Source of the DNA: Clostridia bacterium
GTDB lineage: Bacteria; Bacillota; Clostridia; Oscillospirales; CAG-272
Reading direction: 5' to 3'
Assembly: GCA_017456985.1 (NCBI GenBank)
Contig: JAFTIH010000031.1
Location: 421 to 64,420, forward strand
Length of the DNA: 64,000 bases
The notes beneath the pieces are model-generated. The model did no database searches. It had not been told where the DNA came from and was given only the letters and a program-made list of their open reading frames with translations. Positions 1 to 8,497 of the stretch are shown piece by piece. The position numbers and the translations under genes were made by a program. Each line of letters opens with the position of its first letter. Positions within the stretch are counted from its first letter, which is position 1.

Positions 1-15
1 TTTTTTCGTAACGTG

Positions 16-44
16 TTGACTTTTCTTTAATTTTACATTAGAAT
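16..44 (+). promoter_or_regulatory. sigma-A type promoter upstream of the AraC-family gene
   Basis: TTGACT (16-21), a 17-nt spacer, then TAGAAT (39-44). AAAGGAG SD follows, ahead of the ATG at 77. Confidence 0.6.
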
Positions 45-76
45 GAAGATAGGGAAAAGAAAGGAGCGATTGCGAA

Positions 77-958
77 ATGGATCGGATCGAAACCGTAGAA
101 AATCTTAAGGAATATAAAATCCGAGTTGAAAACGCGGTCCTTTTTCTTTTGATCGCCTTTTTGCTTGCCAAGCAGGATGATCTCGGGGACGAAGCCGAAC
201 GCGTCGCACGCGGGATGCACAGTCATTTATACGCGGAGCTTTTTGTCTGCAAGATCGGCAGAACGGTCGTTCATACCGCAAACGAAAGCATTTCACTCTG
301 CCGCGGCGATGTTGTGATCTTGCCGAGCGGGGTAGAGCATTATTGTACGGATACGTGCGGAACGGTGCGCTACACCCTGAGCTTTGATTGTAAGGAGAGC
401 CCCTTGCGCGACGGCACAAATGTTTTTTCGATGCTGCGGTGCCTTTGCGATACCAAAGCTCCCATCGTACAGCGCAATACGCCCGAGCTTGCGGAGCGTC
501 TCGTTGCGGTGATGGAAAACGTCGTTGCGTGTGATACGTTTGCCAATCGCCTGGCGGTGGTCCAGCTTTTACTCACGGTTGCGGAGCAAGCGTTCCAAAC
601 GGGAAAGACGGCAAGCACCCACAGAGAACTTGACATCAACCGTCTTTCGGTGATCGATAGTGTCATCCATACGGATTATACGACGGACGTTTGTGCCGCC
701 GACGTGGCGAAAATGCTCTTTATCAGCGAACGGCAGCTCGCCCGTATCGTCAAATAGAGGTACGGATGCAGCTTGAAGCAGGCGATCACCCAAAAACGAG
801 TTGCCGTGGCGAAGCAATTGTTGCGGGAAACGGATATGAGCGTGGAGCAGATCGGATATTCCGTCGGCTTTGCCACGCGTGCAAACTTTTATCGTGCCTT
901 TGGTGCACAGCTCGGCGTGACGCCTAAGGAGTACCGTGAAAGTAGAGAAAACAACTAA
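77..958 (+). pseudogene. AraC-family transcriptional regulator (cupin sensor + HTH) interrupted by an in-frame TAG at 755-757
   Basis: ORFs 77-757 and 773-958 are in the same frame. Read-through gives ...FISERQLARIVK*RYGCSLKQAITQKRVAVAKQLL...GFATRANFYRAFGAQLGVTPKEYR, a contiguous AraC double-HTH. The N-terminus has a cupin-like VVILPSGVEHY. Confidence 0.75.
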
Positions 959-994
959 AAATAAACGTGATATTATGTCAACAAAGGAGAACGT

Positions 995-2320
995 ATGAAA
1001 AAGAAAAATGCTTTGGCACTGTTGCCGATCTTGGCTTTTGTGGTGCTGTATTTGACGCTCGGAATCGTTTTCGAGTACGTCTTGAAGATCCCGCAGGGCT
1101 TTTATAAAGTTCCTGTTATCGTCGTTTTTCTCGTCGCGATCTTGATCGCCTTTTTGCAAACGAGAGGAAAGACGATGGAAGAAAAGTTTGCCATTATGGG
1201 GCGGGGTGTCGGAGATAAGAATATCGTTACGATGCTCATTATCTTTCTTTTGGCGGGCGTTTTCGTGGGCGTTGTGGGCAGAAGCAGTGCCGAGAGCGTC
1301 GCATACTTCTTCTTATCGCTCGTTCCCCCGCGTATGGCAGTGCTCGTGCTCTTTTTGGTTGCGTGCTTCGTTTCTACCGCGATGGGAACGTCGGTGGGTA
1401 CTATTACGCTGATAACGCCGATCGCCTACGCCGTTTCCACGATGACGGGCTTTCCGCTTGCGCTTTGTGTCGGTACCGTCGTTGGCGGCTCTATGTTCGG
1501 CGATAACCTTTCCTTCGTGTCGGATACCACCATCGCCGCCTGCCAAGGGCAGGGATGTGCGATGAAGGATAAATTCCGCACGAACTTTGCCGTGGTGCTT
1601 CCCGCCGCGCTTTTAACGGCGATTGTGATCCTTTTCTTTTCCTTCCGTGCCGAGATCGGCGAGGTGGCGATCAAGGATTACAGTCTGCTTGAAATTTTGC
1701 CCTACGTTCTCGTTTTGGTTTGCGGAATCGCGGGCGTCAACGTCTTCATCGCCCTGCTTGCAGGCGTCCTTTCGGGTAGTCTGATCGCTCTGATCGCAGG
1801 CGGCGTTTCCTTCCCGAATCTCCTTGCAGCTATGGGCTCGGGTGCCGCAGGAATGCTAGAAACCTCGATGGTCGCCGTGCTCGTTGCCGCGCTTGGCGAA
1901 TTGATCCGTGAAAACGGCGGCTTTGAAGCCTTGCTCTCGGGAATCCGAAGAATCTTCCGCACTAAGCGGGGCGGACAGCTCGGCATCGGGCTTCTGGTGG
2001 GCGCGATGGATATTGCCACGGCAAATAACACCGTTGCCATCGTGATGGCAAACCCGATCGCAAGCGAAATTGCCAAGGAGCACGGCATCAGCCCGAGAAA
2101 AACGGCGTCGCTTCTCGACACCTTTTCCTGTATCTTCCAAGGCGTTTTGCCGTACGGCGCGCAAATGCTCGTCGCCCTTGCCGCCGTAAGCGAGCTTGGC
2201 GGCTCGCTCAGCGCCTTTTCCGTGATCGCACACCTGTTTTATCCTATGGCACTTCTTCTGTCGTCGCTGGTGTTTATCTTTTTGATTCCCGAACGGAAAG
2301 TAAAGCAAAAAGTAAAATAA
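995..2320 (+). CDS. nhaC: Na+/H+ antiporter NhaC-family membrane transporter
   Basis: 441-aa polytopic membrane protein with an NhaC-like N-terminus and loops (GDKNIVTMLIIFLLAG..., SFVSDTTIAA). AAAGGAG SD sits 6 nt upstream. Confidence 0.7.
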   Translation: MKKKNALALLPILAFVVLYLTLGIVFEYVLKIPQGFYKVPVIVVFLVAILIAFLQTRGKTMEEKFAIMGRGVGDKNIVTMLIIFLLAGVFVGVVGRSSAESVAYFFLSLVPPRMAVLVLFLVACFVSTAMGTSVGTITLITPIAYAVSTMTGFPLALCVGTVVGGSMFGDNLSFVSDTTIAACQGQGCAMKDKFRTNFAVVLPAALLTAIVILFFSFRAEIGEVAIKDYSLLEILPYVLVLVCGIAGVNVFIALLAGVLSGSLIALIAGGVSFPNLLAAMGSGAAGMLETSMVAVLVAALGELIRENGGFEALLSGIRRIFRTKRGGQLGIGLLVGAMDIATANNTVAIVMANPIASEIAKEHGISPRKTASLLDTFSCIFQGVLPYGAQMLVALAAVSELGGSLSAFSVIAHLFYPMALLLSSLVFIFLIPERKVKQKVK

Positions 2321-2357
2321 AATTGCGTTTTCTTAATTCCACCATCTAAAATCCCAA

Positions 2358-2384
2358 ATACCGCCGAGGTGATCTCGGCGGTAT
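2358..2384 (+). terminator. hairpin terminator after nhaC
   Basis: ATACCGCCGAG-GTGAT-CTCGGCGGTAT, an 11-bp perfect stem. The downstream T-tract is weak. Confidence 0.5.
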
Positions 2385-2414
2385 GCTATTTGCAAAGTTT
2401 TTTCCAAAAAGCCC

Positions 2415-2443
2415 TTGACAATCCCGCAAGGAAATGCTATAAT
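2415..2443 (+). promoter_or_regulatory. consensus sigma-A promoter for tRNA-Leu
   Basis: TTGACA (2415-2420), a 17-nt spacer, then TATAAT (2438-2443). It lies 14 nt before the tRNA 5' end. Confidence 0.8.
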
Positions 2444-2456
2444 TCTTCTTGTTCAT

Positions 2457-2542
2457 GCCGGTGTGATGGAATGGCAGACGTGACGGACTCAAAATCCGTT
2501 GGTAGCAATACCGTATGGGTTCAAGTCCCATCACCGGCACCA
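2457..2542 (+). tRNA. tRNA-Leu (anticodon CAA), long variable arm, encoded CCA
   Basis: Acceptor GCCGGTG/CACCGGC, anticodon loop CT-CAA-AA, T-arm GGGTTCAAGTCCC, terminal ACCA. Confidence 0.93.
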
Positions 2543-2548
2543 AAAAAA

Positions 2549-2576
2549 TCCTCGTTCTTCGGAACGAGGATTTTTT
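2549..2576 (+). terminator. intrinsic terminator after tRNA-Leu
   Basis: TCCTCGTTC-TTCG-GAACGAGGA followed by TTTTTT. Confidence 0.85.
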
Positions 2577-2578
2577 AT

Positions 2579-2775
2579 CCAATCCAAAGGATTGGTATGG
2601 AACCACCCGCAGGGTGCATGGAATCGCCCAAGGCGTATGGCATCACGCGCCGGCGTGCATTTCTCTTCGGATTGATTCCATACAACACTTCGTGTTGGTT
2701 CCATACACGGCGGTGCCGTGGTTCCATGCAAGGCATGCGCCTTGATTTTTATGCAGTCCAAAAGGGCTGGAAACG
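2579..2775. repeat. array of six GRTTCCATRC decamers (3 forward, 3 inverted) interleaved with eight small GC hairpins
   Basis: Forward copies: GTATGGAACC 2595-2604, GCATGGAATC 2616-2625, GTATGGCATC 2635-2644. Inverted copies: GATTCCATAC 2674-2683, GGTTCCATAC 2697-2706, GGTTCCATGC 2720-2729. Each linker is its own mini-hairpin, for example ACCC-GCA-GGGT and ACGGC-GGT-GCCGT. Confidence 0.8.
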
Positions 2776-2781
2776 AATAAG

Positions 2782-2819
2782 AGCGCAAGTCAAAACTTTT
2801 CGATTCGACTTGCGCTTTT
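2782..2819. terminator. hairpin terminator between the repeat array and the convergent small gene
   Basis: AGCGCAAGTC (2782-2791) pairs with GACTTGCGCT (2807-2816). TTTTC follows on the + strand. The hairpin lies 5 nt from the stop of the minus-strand gene at 2824. Confidence 0.65.
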
Positions 2820-2823
2820 CAAA

Positions 2824-3054
2824 TCAAAGCTCGGAAAAATCATCCTCGTCCGTTACGATGGTAACGGCGGGCTCCTCGTCGTCGGGGAAGGTGTATTTTG
2901 CGCGCAGATCGCGGACCATCTCTTTGCCGCGGTTGACAGCATCCTCACCCTTGCCGATCAGAGTGTCTGCCGCCTCGCCGATGGCCTCCACGCCAAGTGC
3001 GATCGCGCCAACGGAGAGGTAAAGGGCTTTCGTTAACGTATCACGAACGCTCAT
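2824..3054 (-). CDS. small acidic-tailed protein, possibly phasin-like (COG3937-type); function unknown
   Basis: 76-aa ORF with an AAAGGAG SD and a terminator directly downstream. The product call rests on loose resemblance only. Confidence 0.55.
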   Translation of the reverse strand: MSVRDTLTKALYLSVGAIALGVEAIGEAADTLIGKGEDAVNRGKEMVRDLRAKYTFPDDEEPAVTIVTDEDDFSEL

Positions 3055-3271
3055 GCCAATTCTCCTTTCAAATGTGTGATATTACGCTATTATTATAACC
3101 GAAAAAAACGGGGATGTCAAGGGCGTGCGAAAAAAAAGAGAATTCTCCTGTTTTTGCTTGGATGAAGAGTAAGTTTTTTTGCTCCCCCTATTGCAATTTC
3201 GCTTGTTTTTGTGTATAATAATAGTGTGTTTACTATTTTTTGACATTGTCATATTGCATAGGAGGTTGCGC

Positions 3272-4642
3272 ATGATCATTCACGTCGTTTTACTCGTCAC
3301 AGCAATCGTTTTTTTACTCTTTGATATGCTTTGGGGGATCCGCCGCGGATTCTTTCCCGCCATTTTACGCTTCGTTGTGGTTTGTGCAGGCGCCGTGCTT
3401 GCGTTCTGGCTTTCCGCTCCGCTTTGCGACGCCTTGATACATTTTCCGCTCCCCTTTGCCGACGGTCAGAACTTCCAAGAGCTTTACGAGGGCTTTTTGC
3501 TGGCTCAGGAGGGACTTGACGAGGCACTTTCTCTTTCGATGCCCGTGCGCCAGCTCGTTTACTTTTTCCCCGAGGCGTTGATGCGCGAGTTTGCATTCGT
3601 TATCGTTTTTTCCTTGTATCGATTGGTAACGTGGCCCGTAACGGCGATCCTTTCCCGCATTCTTTTCGGCAAGAAGGATAAGAAGCGTCCGCGCTTCTTC
3701 CGCAGCGGCGGAATGCTGGTTGGCTTTGCGCAGGCGGTCGTTTGCCTTGCGGTGTTTATGGTTCCGTTCTTTGGCTTCGTGGAGTTCGGTGAGCGCTTTG
3801 ACGCCGCCTTTCAGAATTCTCAAAATACGGATATTGCCGAAGTCACGACGATGCTTGAAAACAACGTTCTTGACCCCATCCACACTAGCCCCGTCAGTAG
3901 GGTGATGGAGGGAATTGGAATGAAGCGGGTCGCTATCTGGGTCTTCCACAACCTCTCCACGACGACGATGGAGTTTTCTGACGAAACGAAGACCATCGAT
4001 TACTTCACCTACCTTGAAGATATGTTTCCCGCCGTGTCAGCGCTCATAATGATGAAGGATATGGATCCCGAGCATATGACCGATCGCGATTATGAAAATC
4101 TGGTGGTCGTTCTTGATACGGCAAAATCAAAAGAGGAGATCACGCAGGCTGTCGTCGATACGGTCGAGACCGTCGTCACGGAGTTCGTGAACGAGGATTA
4201 CCGCGAAACAGCAAACGTGATCGTTGAGACCTTTGCCGATAAAATTTTCACCGATGAAGGCAACCTCACGGGTGAGCTGATGCGCGCGGAGATCGACGCG
4301 GTAAAAAGCGCGCTTAAGGTTATGGAGACTGCCACCTCCGAATCGGCAGAAAGCGCGTTCTCCGTCGTGCCCGCCGAGCAGGTGGTCAACGAGATCCTCG
4401 AAACAGAATATCTTTACGAAACCGTGATCGAGGTCTCCGAGGACGAAGAAAAGAAGGAACGCATCCAAGCGGATCTTGTGATGAACGAGAGCCAGAAGGC
4501 TTTGGCGAAGCAGGAGATCGAGGCGTTCCGCGCAACTTCCGCCGAATCGAGAACCCCGGAGGAGCTTCAAAAGATCTACGCCATCACCGACGCCCTTGCT
4601 CGAATGCTCGATCTTACGCTTTCTTCCTCTGTAACCGAGTAA
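3272..4642 (+). CDS. CvpA-like membrane protein with a long acidic C-terminal extension
   Basis: ATG at 3272 follows a GGAGG SD (the track start at 3179 has none). The N-terminus has 4-5 TM segments resembling the CvpA family. The C-terminal ~250 aa is rich in E/D and looks helical. Confidence 0.6.
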   Translation: MIIHVVLLVTAIVFLLFDMLWGIRRGFFPAILRFVVVCAGAVLAFWLSAPLCDALIHFPLPFADGQNFQELYEGFLLAQEGLDEALSLSMPVRQLVYFFPEALMREFAFVIVFSLYRLVTWPVTAILSRILFGKKDKKRPRFFRSGGMLVGFAQAVVCLAVFMVPFFGFVEFGERFDAAFQNSQNTDIAEVTTMLENNVLDPIHTSPVSRVMEGIGMKRVAIWVFHNLSTTTMEFSDETKTIDYFTYLEDMFPAVSALIMMKDMDPEHMTDRDYENLVVVLDTAKSKEEITQAVVDTVETVVTEFVNEDYRETANVIVETFADKIFTDEGNLTGELMRAEIDAVKSALKVMETATSESAESAFSVVPAEQVVNEILETEYLYETVIEVSEDEEKKERIQADLVMNESQKALAKQEIEAFRATSAESRTPEELQKIYAITDALARMLDLTLSSSVTE

Positions 4643-4681
4643 TTTGCAATTATATCATTCTATAGAAAGAGAACAATACTT

Positions 4682-5998
4682 ATGAAAATCAAGGTTTTAA
4701 AGTTTGGCGGCTCCTCCTTGGCAGACGCCGAGCAAATGAAAAAGGTCGCCGCAATCGTTAAAAACGATCGTGCTTGCCGCTACGTGATCCCCTCTGCCCC
4801 CGGAAAACGCTTTTCGGGCGATGATAAGGTCACGGATCTTTTGTACCGTTGCTACGAGCTCTCCTGCGAGGAAATGGATATTACGGGCGTTTTTGAGGTC
4901 ATCAAGAACCGTTACCGCGATATTATCAAGGGACTCGGGATGGATTTTTCCTTGGAGGACGAATTCAAAAAGATCGAGATCTCCATTTTGAATCACGCAG
5001 GTCGCGATTACGTGGCAAGCCGTGGCGAATACCTCAACGGTATGATCCTCGCGCACTATCTCGGCTACAAGTTTATTGACGCGGCAAAGGGCATCTATTT
5101 CTTTGATAACGGAACGTTTGATGCCGAGCGCACCAACACCCGTCTTTCGGAGCTCCTTAACAAGTACGATCACGCCGTGATCCCGGGCTTCTACGGCTCG
5201 ATGCCCAATGGTACCATCAAAACCTTCTCGCGCGGCGGCTCGGACATTACGGGTGCCATCGTGGCGCGTGCGGTGGGCGCTGACATCTACGAGAACTGGA
5301 CGGACGTTTCGGGCTTCTTGATGGCAGACCCCAGAATCGTTGATAACCCCAAGCCGATCGACACCATCACCTATCGCGAGCTTCGCGAGCTTGCCTATAT
5401 GGGTGCAACGGTGCTTCACGACGAATCGATATTCCCTGTGCGCCACGCGCGCATCCCGATCAATATCCGTAACACCAACGACCCTGCCGCCAAGGGAACG
5501 ATGATCGTTTCCCGCGTTGGCGAGGAGAAGGACGACGCAGTCATCACGGGTATTGCGGGCAAGAAGGGAATTTCTATCATCTCCATCGAAAAGGATATGA
5601 TGAACGCCGAGCTTGGCTTCGGCAGACGCGTTTTGCAGGCGATCGAGGACCACGGAATTTCCTTTGAGCATCTGCCCTCGGGCGTGGATACGCTTTCCGT
5701 GGTGCTTCATACCAAGGCGCTGGAGGGGAAGCGCGAGAGCGTGCTTGCGGCGATCCGCAAGGCGGTCAACCCCGACGTTTTGAACATCGAGGATGGCTAC
5801 GCACTGATCGCCGTTGTCGGTCGCCGTATGGTAGCGGCTAAGGGTACAGCACAGCGCATTTTCCGTTCCGTTGCCGATGCTGACATCAATATCAAGATGA
5901 TCGACCAGGGCTCCTCCGAGATGGACATCATCATCGGTGTGCGTGAGTGCGATTACGAAAACGCGATCAACGCCATCTATCGCGAATTTGACCGATAA
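4682..5998 (+). CDS. lysC: aspartate kinase
   Basis: The KFGGSSL N-terminal kinase motif, a 438-aa length and ACT-like C-terminal repeats. Confidence 0.9.
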   Translation: MKIKVLKFGGSSLADAEQMKKVAAIVKNDRACRYVIPSAPGKRFSGDDKVTDLLYRCYELSCEEMDITGVFEVIKNRYRDIIKGLGMDFSLEDEFKKIEISILNHAGRDYVASRGEYLNGMILAHYLGYKFIDAAKGIYFFDNGTFDAERTNTRLSELLNKYDHAVIPGFYGSMPNGTIKTFSRGGSDITGAIVARAVGADIYENWTDVSGFLMADPRIVDNPKPIDTITYRELRELAYMGATVLHDESIFPVRHARIPINIRNTNDPAAKGTMIVSRVGEEKDDAVITGIAGKKGISIISIEKDMMNAELGFGRRVLQAIEDHGISFEHLPSGVDTLSVVLHTKALEGKRESVLAAIRKAVNPDVLNIEDGYALIAVVGRRMVAAKGTAQRIFRSVADADINIKMIDQGSSEMDIIIGVRECDYENAINAIYREFDR

Positions 5999-6004
5999 AA
6001 CCAA

Positions 6005-6026
6005 GGGCTTGCCGTCTGGCAAGCCC
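6005..6026 (+). terminator. possible terminator or attenuating hairpin after lysC
   Basis: GGGCTTGCC-GTCT-GGCAAGCCC, a 9-bp stem, followed only by ATTTGG. Confidence 0.4.
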
Positions 6027-6059
6027 ATTTGGATTACGTTTAACAAGGAGGGTGCGAGT

Positions 6060-6761
6060 ATGAACAAGCCGTCACCGACGCCGTTTTCTCCGATTGCCGT
6101 AGCAAGAACGGACTTTGCCGAAAAATTTGGCATTCCCAGACAGAGCGGCAGAGTGGATTCGCTCGTTGCCCGCATCGTCTTTTATCCCGAATACCGTAAC
6201 GACGACGCGTTGCGCGGGATCGAGGGATATTCGCACCTTTGGCTTCTGTGGCATTTCTCCGAGACGCGCCAGGGGGATGCGTTCCGTCCCACTGTCCGAC
6301 CGCCAAGACTCGGCGGCAACAGGGCGCAGGGCGTGTTTGCAACGCGCTCCCCCTTCCGTCCCAACCCGATCGGTCTTTCCTCCGTACGGCTTCTTGGACT
6401 CGAAAAAACGGAGAAGGAGGGAACCGTGCTGCTCGTCGGCGGTGCGGATCTTTTGGATGGGACCCCTATTTTTGACGTTAAGCCGTATCTGCCTTCCACC
6501 GATGCACACCCCGATGCGGTGGGTGGCTTTGCCGACGCCTTTACCGATTACCGCCTTTCCGTTCGGTGTGATGACGCGCTTCTTGCCCGTTTGCCCGAGA
6601 ACAAACGAGAGGATCTGCTTGCCGTTCTTGCCGAGGATCCCCGCCCTGCATATCAGGAGGACCCCGACCGCATTTACGGATTTCCGTTTGCGGGCTTTGA
6701 AATCAAGTTTTCCGTTTTGGACAGAGAGCTGACGGTGACAGATATTATCCCGATAAAATAA
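6060..6761 (+). CDS. trmO: tRNA (t6A37-N6)-methyltransferase TrmO/TsaA family
   Basis: ATG at 6060 follows a GGAGGG SD. Motifs FGIPRQSG, GYSHLWLLWHF, RPNPIGLS and GTPIFDVKPY are typical of YaeB/TrmO. Confidence 0.85.
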   Translation: MNKPSPTPFSPIAVARTDFAEKFGIPRQSGRVDSLVARIVFYPEYRNDDALRGIEGYSHLWLLWHFSETRQGDAFRPTVRPPRLGGNRAQGVFATRSPFRPNPIGLSSVRLLGLEKTEKEGTVLLVGGADLLDGTPIFDVKPYLPSTDAHPDAVGGFADAFTDYRLSVRCDDALLARLPENKREDLLAVLAEDPRPAYQEDPDRIYGFPFAGFEIKFSVLDRELTVTDIIPIK

Positions 6762-6770
6762 GGAGTTATT

Positions 6771-8486
6771 ATGGCTTTTGATGCCGGCATGCTGTATGCC
6801 GTTTTAAATGAGATCAAAGAAAACGTCTTGGGGCTTCGCGTCGAAAAGGTCCACCAGCCCACCAAGGACGAGATCGTTTTGCTGATGCGCGGACGCCGCC
6901 TTTCTGTCAATCTCGGATCCGTTTGCCCCAGAATTGCTTTGACCGAGCTTGTCAAGGACAACCCCCAAGCGCCCCCGATGTTTTGTATGCTGCTTCGTAA
7001 GCACCTTTGCGGTGCGGTACTCGAGAGCGTCGCGCAATGTGGCTTTGACCGCGTTGCAAGGCTTGCCTTCCGCGGCGTGGACGAGATGGGCTATCTTTCC
7101 GTGAAGCATTTGTATGCCGAGCTGATGGGAAAGTACAGCAATCTCGTTTTGACGGATGAGCAGGATAAGATCATTGCCGTCGCCAAGCCGATCGATTTTT
7201 CGGATAGCGAGATCCGCCAGCTGTTGCCCGGACTCACGTACGCCCCGCCCCCTTTGCAAGAAAAGGACGATCCTCTTACGGTGACGAAGGAGCGCTTTTT
7301 CGCCCTTGCCGCCGCCTATCCCCGTGAGCGCTCGGCGGTGCGCTTTTTGACGGATTCCTTCCTCGGAACCGCGACCGTTTGTGCGCGTGAGATCGTTTTC
7401 CGCGCCGCGGGTGCGACGGATGCCGCGCTTGGGGATACCTCGCCCGAAGGACTTTGGCAAGCCTTTTCTGCACGGTTTTCTCGCCTTATTTCAGGGCAGA
7501 ATTGCCCCCAAATTACAAGGAATGCCGAGGGAGAGCCGATTGCCTTTGGCTACGACGTCTATACGCACCTTGAAGGGTGTATAGCAGAGCGCACAGAGAG
7601 CTTTGGTGCGCTGTTTGACCTTTACTTCGGAGAGCGTGACCGCATCGAGCGTATTCATTCCCGCGCCGCCGATCTTTTGCGTCTTGTGTCGCACACCGAG
7701 TCACGCCTCACAAAGAAGCTCGCTTTGCAAAAGGACGAGCTTGCCGATTCCGAGCGCGCGGAGGAATATCGCCGTATGGGCGAGTTTATCACGGCGGAGT
7801 TATACCGCTTGAAGCGGGGAGCTACGAGCTTCACGGCGACCGATTACAGCACGGATCCCCCCACAAGCGTCACCGTTCCCTTAGACGGGCGCCTTTCTCC
7901 CTCTGCCAACGCGCAACGCTATTTTAAGCTCTATCGCAAAGCAAAGACAGCGCGTGAAATGCTTGCAACGCAGATTGCGCTGTCGGAGCGAGAGCTCATC
8001 TATATCCAAAGCGTTGCCGCCTTCCTTTCCCGCGCGGAAACCGAGGCGGATCTCCTTGAACTCCGTGAGGAGCTCGCCTTAGCGGGCTACGGTGCCCGTA
8101 TGAAAAAATACGCACCGCAAAAGACGAAAAAAAGCAAGCCGCTTGAATTTGTTTCGCCGAGTGGATACCGCGTTTTGTGCGGAAAAAACAATCTGCAAAA
8201 CGAGCAGCTCACCTTCCGCGTAGCGGGGAAGGGGGACCTTTGGTTCCACGCCAAGGGGATCCCTGGCTCTCATGTCATTCTGATCTGCGACGGCGCGGAG
8301 CCGCCCGAGGAGGATTACACCTTTGCCGCGACGGTTGCCGCCGAGCATTCGAGCGCGACCGCAGATCCCGTTGCCGTGGACTATACCCGCGTTAAAAACG
8401 TGAAAAAGCCTCCCGCCGCAAAGCCGGGGTACGTCACGTATAAGACGAACTATACCGCGTTTGTCAGTATGAAAAACAAAAAGTAA
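6771..8486 (+). CDS. rqcH: ribosome quality-control NFACT protein RqcH (FbpA-like)
   Basis: 571 aa with an N-terminal MAFDAGML...VEKVHQP NFACT-N domain, a coiled-coil middle and a C-terminal NFACT-R (GIPGSHVI). Confidence 0.85.
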   Translation: MAFDAGMLYAVLNEIKENVLGLRVEKVHQPTKDEIVLLMRGRRLSVNLGSVCPRIALTELVKDNPQAPPMFCMLLRKHLCGAVLESVAQCGFDRVARLAFRGVDEMGYLSVKHLYAELMGKYSNLVLTDEQDKIIAVAKPIDFSDSEIRQLLPGLTYAPPPLQEKDDPLTVTKERFFALAAAYPRERSAVRFLTDSFLGTATVCAREIVFRAAGATDAALGDTSPEGLWQAFSARFSRLISGQNCPQITRNAEGEPIAFGYDVYTHLEGCIAERTESFGALFDLYFGERDRIERIHSRAADLLRLVSHTESRLTKKLALQKDELADSERAEEYRRMGEFITAELYRLKRGATSFTATDYSTDPPTSVTVPLDGRLSPSANAQRYFKLYRKAKTAREMLATQIALSERELIYIQSVAAFLSRAETEADLLELREELALAGYGARMKKYAPQKTKKSKPLEFVSPSGYRVLCGKNNLQNEQLTFRVAGKGDLWFHAKGIPGSHVILICDGAEPPEEDYTFAATVAAEHSSATADPVAVDYTRVKNVKKPPAAKPGYVTYKTNYTAFVSMKNKK

Positions 8487-8497
8487 AGGATAAAAAA

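Noticed and set aside
755-757. TAG in the AraC gene as pyrrolysine or programmed recoding
   Set aside because: No pyl genes or PYLIS-like context are visible, and TAG terminates the RHH gene at 12540-12542. A plain nonsense mutation or a sequencing error is more parsimonious.
2369-3022. 217-aa plus-strand ORF (with 2515-2745 and 2531-2788) crossing tRNA-Leu and the repeat array
   Set aside because: These ORFs read through a bona fide tRNA, two terminators and the antisense of the 2824-3054 gene. They have no SD.
4643-4681. Lysine riboswitch before lysC, and T-box or other leaders before cysS (29850-29900) and thrC (47250-47279)
   Set aside because: These gaps are only ~30-40 nt, far too short for such leaders. 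The genes appear to be co-transcribed with their upstream neighbours.
4697-6175. 492-aa minus-strand ORF spanning the whole of lysC
   Set aside because: It is antisense to a gene with unmistakable aspartate-kinase motifs. Its composition is Arg/Val/Gly/Asp-rich low complexity, and it has no SD. This is a typical GC-rich shadow ORF.
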